Shown here: positions 16,265 through 24,309 of the stretch, one piece after another
Position numbering within the stretch: position 1 is the stretch's first letter
Layout of the letters: each line of letters starts with the position of its first letter
Source: a virus
DNA: 59,393 nt
Virus record (IMG/VR): IMGVR_UViG_3300029492_000005
Location: 1 to 59,393 of that record
Direction: 5' to 3' (one strand)
Notes under the pieces: generated by a model
What the model saw: only the letters and a program-made list of their open reading frames with translations
What the model was told of the DNA's origin: nothing
The model's database searches: none
Made by a program: the position numbers and the translations under genes

Positions 16265-16599
16265 AAATAAAGCGTCCGGAATTGTACACTTTACCGGACG
16301 CACTGAGCAGGCAGCCCAGCCCCGCTGCCGTCACGATCTGCCCGCGTGGGCGGTCTGGTATCGAGTGCAGGCCGGTGCAGTCTGTTCGGGTGCGCTGGGG
16401 CTGGGGTCTCCACCGGAGGGGTATACAGCCGCCGCCCAGCCCCGCCCGGTGAGTAGCGCGAAAAATCTCCAAAATAAAAAAGGCGTTTTTCCTCGCCTAC
16501 CCACCCTCTCTTTTCTGCACAAAACACCCCCACCCCTATCTCAAGTTCCAAAAATTTCCCGCAAAAACAAAAAGACCCCTACAAAGGGTCTGTGTTCTG

Positions 16600-16608
16600 T
16601 GCTATACT
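16600..16608 (+). promoter_or_regulatory. Extended -10 promoter element (TGcTATACT) for the 16642 gene
   Basis: tgctatact lies 34 nt upstream of the ATG. No good -35 element. Confidence 0.4.
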
Positions 16609-16641
16609 TTCCTTACAAGCCTTGAAAGGGAGGAATCTACA

Positions 16642-17271
16642 ATGGCTAAAAGCAAAATGACAACGTGCAAGCACTGTGGAGCAGAGATTGCCGCAAGTGC
16701 AAAGGTATGCCCTCAGTGTGGCGGTAAGAACAAGCCGCCCATCTACAAGCGCTGGTGGTTCATCGCCATCATTGTTTTGATTGTCTTGTCTGCTATTGGT
16801 GGCTCTAGCGATAGCGGCAAGAAGGGCTTTGAAGAGGGCTACAAGGACGCTACGTCTAACAAGGCGAGTGCATCCACCGCTTCTTCCGTTGCTCCTGAAA
16901 TCAGCGAGGACGATTACAAGGCAGAGTGCCAGACTGTGGACTATAAGGAACTGTGCCGTTATCCTGAAAAGTATGAAGGGACTAAGATTGTAGTCAAAGT
17001 AAAGGTCTCGCAGATTATTGACGCAAACTTCTCCGGCAGCGAGAAAGCATGGAGAACCTACACGGACAACAGCGGATATGGCTTCTATGCTGATGACGAG
17101 TATTATATGCTGGATAAGCGTGGCGGCGATGCTGTGAAGATTCTGGACGATGATATTATCACCGTCTATGGTGAGTTCACCGGGCTTGAAAAAATCACCA
17201 GAGCATTGACCAGCACCACCGATGAACTGCCCCGCATTGAAGTCAAGTACGCAGACCTTGTAGAAGGATAA
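16642..17271 (+). CDS. Zinc-ribbon / single-TM / extracytoplasmic-domain protein (moron-like)
   Basis: CKHCGAEIAASAKVCPQCGG, then the TM WWFIAIIVLIVLSAIGG and a ~140-aa C-terminal domain. Has its own promoter element and terminator. Confidence 0.65.
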   Translation: MAKSKMTTCKHCGAEIAASAKVCPQCGGKNKPPIYKRWWFIAIIVLIVLSAIGGSSDSGKKGFEEGYKDATSNKASASTASSVAPEISEDDYKAECQTVDYKELCRYPEKYEGTKIVVKVKVSQIIDANFSGSEKAWRTYTDNSGYGFYADDEYYMLDKRGGDAVKILDDDIITVYGEFTGLEKITRALTSTTDELPRIEVKYADLVEG

Positions 17272-17285
17272 TCACATAACACAAA

Positions 17286-17329
17286 AAGCCAGCGGATAGA
17301 TGCTCTCTAACCACTGGCTTTTCTATTTT
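17286..17329 (+). terminator. Rho-independent terminator
   Basis: aagccagcgg...ccactggctt stem followed by ttctatttt. Confidence 0.55.
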
Positions 17330-17353
17330 CGCTTTCTAAATTTTTAGAAAGCG
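17330..17353. terminator. Perfect 10-bp-stem hairpin between convergent genes
   Basis: cgctttctaa-attt-ttagaaagcg, immediately 3' of the stop of the 17358-18170 gene. Confidence 0.4.
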
Positions 17354-17357
17354 TTAC

Positions 17358-18170
17358 TTATCCGTTTTTGCGGATGCTTGCATAGAGCAGACGGAAAGTT
17401 TCACGGCCTTTCGGCGTTACCCTGGTCTGTACGCCACCGTGCTTGTTCTTCTGGTTGCAGTATTCCTTGACCGCAAACAGGCCGTCACCCTTGCCCGCTT
17501 TTGGCAGGATGCCCTTGCTCTTGTCACGGTAGATGTAACCGTCAGAAATAAGCATCTTGATGAACAGGCGTTCAGGAATGCGCAGTTCCTTTGCGGTAGA
17601 GCGAAAGTTGGTAGACACGTTCCACGCCACGAGGTCGTCAAAGTAGTCTGCCTTTGGCTGCATCTCCTCGTTCTTCTCACAGAGCTGCTTGTTCTGCATC
17701 TGTAATGCTGCGCTCTTTTCTTTTTCGGCCTTCATGTTCTGAATCAGACCGATCACGAAGTCCGGGTTGGCAATAGCCGTCTCTAACAAGTTGTCGGTCA
17801 TGTACATTCCATGCTTGCGGATGGACGGCAAAACCTCGTGAGTGACCCAGTGCTTGAACCGCTGTGCGCTTTCCAGCTTGCTGCTGAAAATCAGACTGTA
17901 CAGGCCGGATTCGTTGATGATGGTCGGATGCTGTTCTCTGCCCATGGGGTCGCAAAACGCTACCCCATCTCCCTGACGCTTATCTTGCTCGTCAACGTGC
18001 TTTGCAAGAGCGTCTTTCGTGTTGACGTACCCAAGTGCTGCGGCAATGTCCTTGCCAACAAACCAAGGGTCATCGTCAATAAGCATGACACGAATTTTGC
18101 CAAATTCGGCGTTGTTGAAGATTTTGATGTTCTCAGACAAAGAAAGTTGCATTAAAAAGCTCCTTTTCAC
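17358..18170 (-). CDS. Antirepressor (Bro-N domain + KilA-C/ANT-like C-terminus)
   Basis: FNNAEFGKIRVMLIDDDPWFVGKDIAAALGYVNTKDALAKHVDEQDK (Bro-N). C-terminal half ADYFDDLVAWNVSTNFRSTAKEL... The start may be the internal MQLSLS. Confidence 0.75.
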   Translation of the reverse strand: MKRSFLMQLSLSENIKIFNNAEFGKIRVMLIDDDPWFVGKDIAAALGYVNTKDALAKHVDEQDKRQGDGVAFCDPMGREQHPTIINESGLYSLIFSSKLESAQRFKHWVTHEVLPSIRKHGMYMTDNLLETAIANPDFVIGLIQNMKAEKEKSAALQMQNKQLCEKNEEMQPKADYFDDLVAWNVSTNFRSTAKELRIPERLFIKMLISDGYIYRDKSKGILPKAGKGDGLFAVKEYCNQKNKHGGVQTRVTPKGRETFRLLYASIRKNG

Positions 18171-18271
18171 TTGTGAGAGAAGCGATTTTCTGCTATAATA
18201 ACGGCGAGAGAATGCTTCTCTCAGGGTTTACATGATACGTTCGCTTCTGTCGCCAAACTTCAGCGGACGTA

Positions 18272-18454
18272 TCATTTTTCGTTTTCATTGGTAGAATCCA
18301 TTGGATGCAGCGTAAAGAACGCTTCACGGAACGCAGCAGAGATGGACACCCGGTTCTTGATGCAGTATTCCTGCAAGCTTGCAAACTGCCGCTCCGTCAC
18401 GCTGATGGTAACGGTATGACCGTAACGCTCTGCGTAAGGACTACTCATACACAT
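18272..18454 (-). CDS. Ribbon-helix-helix-like small protein
   Basis: HTVTISVTERQFASLQEYCIKNRVSISAAFREAF fits a beta-strand plus two helices of the RHH/CopG type. Confidence 0.45.
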   Translation of the reverse strand: MCMSSPYAERYGHTVTISVTERQFASLQEYCIKNRVSISAAFREAFFTLHPMDSTNENEK

Positions 18455-18550
18455 TCACCCCCTTTCGTTTTGCTGTGCAATAAGTGTAACCGCAAAATAT
18501 TAGGATGTCAAGAAAATACACCCCATATATTGTGTTCACTAGTGCTGGCA

Positions 18551-18715
18551 TCAAATTTTTCCGTTCTGATTGGTTGCTCCCGCTTCGTACCCTGCCCGGT
18601 AGTTCAGTTCGGACAGCTTGCCCAGCGCTTCTGCGTACTCCCTGTCCTCGCTGGTCGGCTCTTTGCCGTGTGCGAGGGTTTTCAGAAATTCTTCGGTTGT
18701 CGTGGGAAAATTCAT
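18551..18715 (-). CDS. Small hypothetical protein (54 aa)
   Basis: Not in the track. SD ggagcaaaaaacATG. MNFPTTTEEFLKTLAHGKEPTSEDREYAEALGKL... Confidence 0.35.
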   Translation of the reverse strand: MNFPTTTEEFLKTLAHGKEPTSEDREYAEALGKLSELNYRAGYEAGATNQNGKI

Positions 18716-18869
18716 GTTTTTTGCTCCTAACTCTTGCGGAAAGCAGCCCTTTTTGGTATAATAGATTCCGAAAAGGGAGACTGCCCCCTTGGTGGTTGCA
18801 GGTTCTCGTTTCGTGATGTGGATAAGCTATCAGTGGCTTCGTGGTGGTTGCGGCTGGTAGCTTATTTTT

Positions 18870-19112
18870 TTATGCCTTGATGTTCTCAACGTAAGATGCT
18901 ACCCACTCGATACCCATGCGGATAACATCGACCTTTGAGATGTTCAATGCCTTTGCGCTGCTTTCCATGCTTGCGATCTGGTTCTCAGTGAGCCGGGTGC
19001 TTATCATGCGCAGCTTATCACGTTCCGAGGTTTCTGCTCGTCTTGCCAAGCCTATCACCTCGCTTTCGCTGAAACAAGTATAAAGCGTGAAAATATGCTT
19101 GTCAAGACCCAA
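18870..19112 (-). CDS. Ribbon-helix-helix-like small protein (start uncertain)
   Basis: DKLRMISTRLTENQIASMESSAKALNISKVDVIRMGIEWV resembles a CopG/RHH fold. Confidence 0.45.
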   Translation of the reverse strand: MGLDKHIFTLYTCFSESEVIGLARRAETSERDKLRMISTRLTENQIASMESSAKALNISKVDVIRMGIEWVASYVENIKA

Positions 19113-19202
19113 AGTTTTACGGAAATGAAGTTTGGAAGAATTACTCCTTATTATAGAAAATTTTCTACCTGATTGTGATTAACTAAGTAAACATCCTTAT
19201 AC

Positions 19203-19234
19203 TACTCTAGTATGTATAAATACATACTAGAGTA
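19203..19234. repeat. Perfect 32-bp palindrome (15-bp arms, 2-bp spacer)
   Basis: tactctagtatgtat-aa-atacatactagagta, in the divergent intergenic region upstream of the HTH-recombinase operon. Confidence 0.95.
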
Positions 19235-19268
19235 TATTTATATATAATATAAGCGCAAGCAAAGAAAG

Positions 19269-19308
19269 TCCAGAAATATCTTGACATCCAGAAATATCTT
19301 GATATAAT
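19269..19308 (+). promoter_or_regulatory. Sigma-70-type promoter (TTGACA-16 nt-TATAAT) overlapped by two 16-bp direct repeats
   Basis: tccagaaatatcttga at 19269-19284 and 19287-19302. TTGACA at 19281-19286 and TATAAT at 19303-19308. Confidence 0.65.
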
Positions 19309-19335
19309 AGAATCAAGAAAGGATGGCGAAGAAAA

Positions 19336-19557
19336 ATGACGGCAAGTGAAGCGATAAAGGAAATTTTGAAATTGAAGGAATTGAACCAAGCGAAGTTAAG
19401 TGATATGCTCAACATTCCGCTTAAAACCTTGAATGAACGTCTAAGGCACAAAAACATTAGTGTCAACAAGCTGGATGAAACACTAAGGGTTATGGGATAC
19501 AAGATTATGGTAGTCCCTCGTGAGACAAAAGTCGAAAATGGGTTTGACATCAAGTGA
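19336..19557 (+). CDS. Small HTH DNA-binding protein
   Basis: LNQAKLSDMLNIPLKTLNERLRHKN (HTH-like); 73-aa ORF directly upstream of the recombinase. Confidence 0.55.
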   Translation: MTASEAIKEILKLKELNQAKLSDMLNIPLKTLNERLRHKNISVNKLDETLRVMGYKIMVVPRETKVENGFDIK

Positions 19558-19569
19558 TGGGTGAAAAAA

Positions 19570-20226
19570 ATGCGTTACTTCTTAGCTAGAGTGTCTAGTA
19601 AGGAGCAAAGCCTTGCAAGACAGCTTAAAATCGCACGAGATCGGTTCGACATTCCGGACGAGAATGTATTTTGTGATAAAATGACAGGTAGCAGCTTTGA
19701 CCGTCCGCAGTATAAACGATTGAAAGAGACTGTCAAGGCTGGGGATGAAGTCATCGTCAAGGAATTTGACCGATTCGGGCGTGACAAAGACGAAATGAAG
19801 CGAGAACTTCAATGGTTCAAAGAAAAAGGCGTGATTGTTCGCATTCTCGATATTCCGACCACGCTTATTGACTTCCAAGACCAGACATGGGTGCTGGAAA
19901 TGGTAAACAACATCCTTATTGAGGTTTTGGGTGCAGTAGCTGAACAGGAGCGCAAGAAAACCAAACAGCGTCAGGCAGAGGGCATAGCCGCTATGCCCAT
20001 TGTTGACGGCAAGCGAGTGTCAGCCAGAACAGGCCGTAGCTTCGGCAGACAGGAAAAGCAAGTTGACGAGCAGCAGTTTGAAAGCCTATTAAAACAACAG
20101 CAAAAAGGCGAAATCACTGTAAAAGAGTGCTGCAAGCAGCTTGGCATCGGGAAATCCACTTGGTATGAGCGTGTCGAAAGATACGCAAATAAAAATAGCG
20201 GCAGCCCAACCACAAGCCACCGCTAA
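19570..20226 (+). CDS. Small serine recombinase (resolvase/invertase family) with C-terminal HTH
   Basis: MRYFLARVSSKEQSLARQ (catalytic Ser), DRFGRD, VLGAVAEQERKKTKQRQAEGI, C-terminal ITVKECCKQLGIGKSTWYERV. Confidence 0.85.
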   Translation: MRYFLARVSSKEQSLARQLKIARDRFDIPDENVFCDKMTGSSFDRPQYKRLKETVKAGDEVIVKEFDRFGRDKDEMKRELQWFKEKGVIVRILDIPTTLIDFQDQTWVLEMVNNILIEVLGAVAEQERKKTKQRQAEGIAAMPIVDGKRVSARTGRSFGRQEKQVDEQQFESLLKQQQKGEITVKECCKQLGIGKSTWYERVERYANKNSGSPTTSHR

Positions 20227-20318
20227 GAGTACACCAAACCAACCAAAACAGGAAAAAGAATGGTGCAACCACAGTATACCATTCTTTTCTCCAACAGGCA
20301 AGAGAAAAGGAGAACAAT

Positions 20319-20708
20319 ATGGAAAAGCAAAAACCGTTTTATTGGGATTTTATCAAAAAAGATGCAGATTTGACATTTCGTTCGGTTTTCGATTTTGTAA
20401 ACTGCAAAGATTTTACTTCCTTTATGCTGGAATGCCAATCTAAGAAATGCAATGTTTTGTTTTATGATGAAAACATATTTTTTAATTTCAAGAAAGAAGG
20501 CCCTTCCGAAACGTTTAAGCGGCAAATGAGAGTTGCTCTTCTTACATTTATTTTGGAAAGCATTTCCGCAATAGCAGAAGATTATCTTGCGTATTTTAAG
20601 AAATACGCTGGATGGAAGAGCGATAAAACGTTTACTCCTACCTTAATCGAAAAGAAGGAAAGACTTGACCGCGAAACGTGGCTTGATGAGCAAGCGAACA
20701 TTATTTGA
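20319..20708 (+). CDS. Hypothetical protein (AT-rich islet, paralogue A)
   Basis: 129-aa ORF with SD (aaaaggagaacaatATG). The segment LTFRSVFDFVNCKDFTSFMLECQSKKCNVLFYDENIFFNF resembles the next ORF. Confidence 0.55.
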   Translation: MEKQKPFYWDFIKKDADLTFRSVFDFVNCKDFTSFMLECQSKKCNVLFYDENIFFNFKKEGPSETFKRQMRVALLTFILESISAIAEDYLAYFKKYAGWKSDKTFTPTLIEKKERLDRETWLDEQANII

Positions 20709-20756
20709 CCCGTCAGACATGGTATCGGATTGCTGAACAGAGAAAGGCTGGATAAT

Positions 20757-21047
20757 ATGCAGGGAGAAGAACTGATTGTTAAGAATGGTAGCATCACGCT
20801 GCGGTCTATGCTTGACTTTGGCGGTTTTCTTGAAATCAAGCGGTTCTTGGAAGCTTGCCATTCGGAAAACTGCACCGTGACTTTTGCAAACGAGGAAATT
20901 GTCATTTTTCCGAATGAATACGATGCTGCTAAAGATGCTCTCGTCTTTATTTATGGTACACTGGCAGAAAGACACATTATCATCGAAAAGTATCTTAGTT
21001 ACAAGTTGATGCTTGGGGATGAAGAACCGAAGCCAACGCTTGTATAA
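20757..21047 (+). CDS. Hypothetical protein (AT-rich islet, paralogue B)
   Basis: ITLRSMLDFGGFLEIKRFLEACHSENCTVTFANEEIVIFPN parallels the upstream ORF. ATG at 20757. Confidence 0.5.
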   Translation: MQGEELIVKNGSITLRSMLDFGGFLEIKRFLEACHSENCTVTFANEEIVIFPNEYDAAKDALVFIYGTLAERHIIIEKYLSYKLMLGDEEPKPTLV

Positions 21048-21066
21048 TCAAAGAAAGAGGTACGGA

Positions 21067-21447
21067 ATGAATAAACTGCTTTATCGTTATCAAGTGTTTG
21101 GATATAAAGGGGCTGCGGCACAAATGATGGACGCACTTATAAAAGAGAAGCCGGATTTGCGAGATGGATACTATTCCCTTCCAAAATTGAGAGATGCAAT
21201 AGAAAAGGACAAATGGCTTTACAGCGTGATCTCTGGTTCGCATGATAAAGACGGCGTGATTCTTGCTACTCATATTTATGATATGGGCTATGTTACGCTA
21301 GGGGATGACGAGCATCCCGGTATTCGTCCGATAAAATGGTATGAGCCGTTGTTTTTTGTAAGGCTGAAAGAAAAATTGCATAAAATTTATTGGTGGCCTT
21401 GCAAATCCGGTCCTACGTTATTCGATTATATAAATAAGGTAAAATAA
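21067..21447 (+). CDS. Hypothetical protein
   Basis: ATG at 21067 with SD (aagaaagaggtacggaATG); 126 aa. Confidence 0.5.
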   Translation: MNKLLYRYQVFGYKGAAAQMMDALIKEKPDLRDGYYSLPKLRDAIEKDKWLYSVISGSHDKDGVILATHIYDMGYVTLGDDEHPGIRPIKWYEPLFFVRLKEKLHKIYWWPCKSGPTLFDYINKVK

Positions 21448-21526
21448 GTTCCGTTAAACTAAATTACATTAAATAATTTTCCGAAAACAGCATTATAAAA
21501 CCGAATATTTGATTTTTGTGCAGTTG

Positions 21527-21568
21527 TAGGCACTCTTTACATTTTCAGGTAGGGGGTGCCTATTTTTT
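21527..21568 (+). terminator. Terminator-like hairpin + T6 abutting the terL start codon
   Basis: taggcac-t-ctttac / gtaggg-g-gtgccta (7+6 bp including G-U pairs, 8-nt loop), then tttttt and ATG at 21569. Confidence 0.5.
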
Positions 21569-24238
21569 ATGCAACCAAAGCAGTGTATCGCCATCATTGA
21601 CAGTATCAAAGCGTATGCAAAGCGGAATCCGACAGAAGCACAGGTTTATGAGGACTGGTTTCAGGCGGTCGTGAATTTGAGGGACGCTTTTCCGCAAGAC
21701 AAGCGGTTCGATGCCTACAAATACTCTGGGGAGCTGCGCTCTGTCTGTGCAGCCATGATGGGCAAGATGAAAACAGGCGAGGACGTGGCGAAAGTCTATG
21801 ATATTATCAGCCGGACGTACCTGTTTGAAGCAAAAGATGTGTTCGACAGCTATTGCATTTACCTTGAATGGAATCGTGCGCCGGAGAAGAAGTTCTATCA
21901 ACCAAGACGCAGAGTGCTGAAAGTGCTGGCAGATGACCTGGAGGACTTGTTTTATAAGCGGATAGATTTCTTGGGGGTCAGTCTTCCGGCTCGCGTGGGT
22001 AAGGCTTTGAGTGATGATACACCAATTCTTACGCGAAACGGCTGGAAGAATCACGGCGATTTGCAGGTTGGTGATGAAGTTATCAGTCCAAAAGGCAAGT
22101 TTGTAAAGGTGCTGGCTGTATCTCCTAAGTGCCAGCTTGATGTGCGATGCCATTTCTCTGACGGCACATACATTGACTGCCACGAAAACCACGAGTGGCC
22201 GGTCTTTAACCGGCATAAGAACGGATTTGATGTAATCGAAACCAAGCGGATGATGGAAGATTATGTTGCCGACACGAAGGACGGTATAAGATTCTGCTAT
22301 CAGGTTCCGTTCAAAAATTTTGTCGAAGGAGAATATAAGAAACTGCCTGTTGAGCCGTACACATTGGGTGCATGGCTTGGCGATGGTCGCAATCAGCACC
22401 CGGATATTTGCGAACCTCCTTGTGATCGAGTGATTGTTGAGCGTGTTATTAACGATGGATACCCTGTTAGCTGGCACACTGTCCATAAGGATACTGGCGT
22501 TGAGTACTACGGATTCTCTGGCTTGCGACAGGCACTCCAAAAAGGCGATATGTGCCATAGTCACCGCCGCTGCGTGAAGCACATCCCAGAAGAATACTTT
22601 ACAGCCAGCATTGCACAGCGCATGGAATTGCTTGCTGGGCTGCTCGATACAGACGGTACGTTACGGGCAAAAGAGCATCGGTACGCTTTTTCTACCACAG
22701 AGCTGCAAATGAGAGATGATTTTGTCACGCTGGTTTCTACCTTTGGATGGAGATGTAGCGTGGTTGAATATCCACCTCGTGTATCATCTAGTGGCATTAA
22801 AGGAAATCTGACGGTTTATTCCATCTCTTTTAATCCTACCTGCCCTATTCCCTGCGTTGTTCCTCGCAAGCAGTTAAAGGAGTTCTCCAAACCTCGCCGT
22901 GTGGCATTTTGCGGGTTTGAGCGCATCGAGCCGAAGCAGGGCAACTGCATTCAGGTTGAGGGCGGCGTATATTGCGCTGGCAAACGGCTGATTTCTACCC
23001 ATAACAGTACGCTGTGCATCTTTTTCATCACATGGCTGATGGGCAACCGCCCGGACGTTGCATCGGTCATGAGCGGACATTCTGACAAGCTGACTAACGG
23101 CTTCTATGGCGAAGTGCTGTCCATCATCACTGACCCTGTGACCTACAACTGGGGCAAAATCTTCCCTGACGTTCAGCTTGTGGACAAGAGCGCAAAGGAC
23201 GAAAGCGTTGATCTGAACCGAAAGAAGCGTTTCCCCACCCTGACTTGCCGCTCAATCGGCGGTACGCTGACCGGCGCAGTTGAAATTGGCGAGGGCGGCG
23301 TGCTGTACAGCGATGACTTGATTGAGGACTTGGAAGAAAGCCTGAACGTTGAGCGTCTGAACAACAAGTACGATGCTTACCTAAACCAGCTGAAAGACCG
23401 TAAAAAGCAGGGCGCATTGGAGCTGATGGTCGGCACACGCTGGAACGTGCTTGACCCTCTTGGACGCATCCAGAACCAGTATGCAGACAACCCAAAGTAC
23501 AGATTTCGGGTGATTCCTGCGGTAGACGAGAGCGGACACAGCAACTTCAATTATGACTACGGCGTGGGATTTGACGATGCCTACTATGCAGACATGAAAG
23601 CCAGCATTGACGATGCAACATGGTGGGCAAAGTACATGGGCAAACCCTATGTGCGTGAAGGTCTGCTGTTCCCTGCCGATGAACTGCGGTATTTCAACGG
23701 CGTTCTGCCTGATGGAGAGCCTGATCGCAAGCTCATGGTCATGGATATTGCATGGGGCGGCGGTGACTTTACCGCCTGTCCTATCGCTTATGTGTACGGC
23801 GATGCCGTGTTCATCCCTGACCTTGTGTTCAATAACGGAGACAAGACCGTGACCAGACCGGAAGTCGTGGGCAAAATCATCCAGCACAAAATCAATGTGG
23901 TGCGTGGCGAAGCCAACAACGGTGGCGATGAATACTGTGACGTTGTTGACAGCCAGCTCCGGCAGCAGGGTTATCACTGCTCTGTTCGCAGCCAACGTGC
24001 GCCCAGTGGTCAAAGCAAGCTGTCCAGAATTATTCAGTATGCGCCGGACATCAAACGATTCTACTTCCTTGACGAGAAACACCAGTCGAAAGAGTACAAG
24101 GCGTTCATGGAGCAGGTGACGATGTTCACGCAGCTTGGCAAAGTTCCGCACGATGATGCACCGGACAGTCTGGCGCAGCTTGCCGATGAATTGTATAACG
24201 GAATCAGTAAAATCGAGCCTGTCAAGAGGCCTTTTTGA
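21569..24238 (+). CDS. terL: Terminase large subunit, interrupted by an intein in the Walker A loop
   Basis: The exteins join to ...GVSLPARVGK|STLCIFFITW... (P-loop). The C-terminal nuclease-type region contains VMDIAWGGGDFTA and PHDDAPDSLA. Confidence 0.85.
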   Translation: MQPKQCIAIIDSIKAYAKRNPTEAQVYEDWFQAVVNLRDAFPQDKRFDAYKYSGELRSVCAAMMGKMKTGEDVAKVYDIISRTYLFEAKDVFDSYCIYLEWNRAPEKKFYQPRRRVLKVLADDLEDLFYKRIDFLGVSLPARVGKALSDDTPILTRNGWKNHGDLQVGDEVISPKGKFVKVLAVSPKCQLDVRCHFSDGTYIDCHENHEWPVFNRHKNGFDVIETKRMMEDYVADTKDGIRFCYQVPFKNFVEGEYKKLPVEPYTLGAWLGDGRNQHPDICEPPCDRVIVERVINDGYPVSWHTVHKDTGVEYYGFSGLRQALQKGDMCHSHRRCVKHIPEEYFTASIAQRMELLAGLLDTDGTLRAKEHRYAFSTTELQMRDDFVTLVSTFGWRCSVVEYPPRVSSSGIKGNLTVYSISFNPTCPIPCVVPRKQLKEFSKPRRVAFCGFERIEPKQGNCIQVEGGVYCAGKRLISTHNSTLCIFFITWLMGNRPDVASVMSGHSDKLTNGFYGEVLSIITDPVTYNWGKIFPDVQLVDKSAKDESVDLNRKKRFPTLTCRSIGGTLTGAVEIGEGGVLYSDDLIEDLEESLNVERLNNKYDAYLNQLKDRKKQGALELMVGTRWNVLDPLGRIQNQYADNPKYRFRVIPAVDESGHSNFNYDYGVGFDDAYYADMKASIDDATWWAKYMGKPYVREGLLFPADELRYFNGVLPDGEPDRKLMVMDIAWGGGDFTACPIAYVYGDAVFIPDLVFNNGDKTVTRPEVVGKIIQHKINVVRGEANNGGDEYCDVVDSQLRQQGYHCSVRSQRAPSGQSKLSRIIQYAPDIKRFYFLDEKHQSKEYKAFMEQVTMFTQLGKVPHDDAPDSLAQLADELYNGISKIEPVKRPF
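22004..23005 (+). mobile_element. Intein (334 aa) with LAGLIDADG homing endonuclease; Ala1, WCT-type (class-3-like)
   Basis: Starts ALSDDTPILTRNGW...GDEVIS and ends ...RLISTHN|S. LAGLIDADG motifs YTLGAWLGDGR and LLAGLLDTDGT. W210 (HENHEW), C460 (GNCIQVEGG), T477 (STHN). Confidence 0.8.
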
Positions 24239-24277
24239 TTAAAAACACAATATATTGTGTTCGCTGGGTCTATTTAT

Positions 24278-24307
24278 TTGATTTCATCACTTGACAAGGC
24301 TTATAAT
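24278..24307 (+). promoter_or_regulatory. Candidate promoter (TTGATT-18 nt-TATAAT) for the non-coding RNA/tRNA unit
   Basis: ttgatt at 24278-24283 and tataat at 24302-24307. Confidence 0.4.
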
Positions 24308-24309
24308 GT

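Noticed and set aside
19570-20226. Serine recombinase as the prophage integrase
   Set aside because: It is only ~219 aa with a resolvase/invertase-type C-terminal HTH and lacks the large C-terminal domain of serine integrases. A role in multimer resolution or inversion is more likely.
21560-22582. 340-aa minus-strand ORF antisense to terL and the intein
   Set aside because: The plus strand encodes unmistakable terminase P-loop and intein/LAGLIDADG motifs. The antisense product is low-information and has no SD.
24291-24307. TTGACA and TATAAT hexamers that look like a perfect promoter
   Set aside because: They are only 5 nt apart, so TTGACA cannot be the -35 for this -10. A weaker TTGATT at 18-nt spacing is the more plausible -35.
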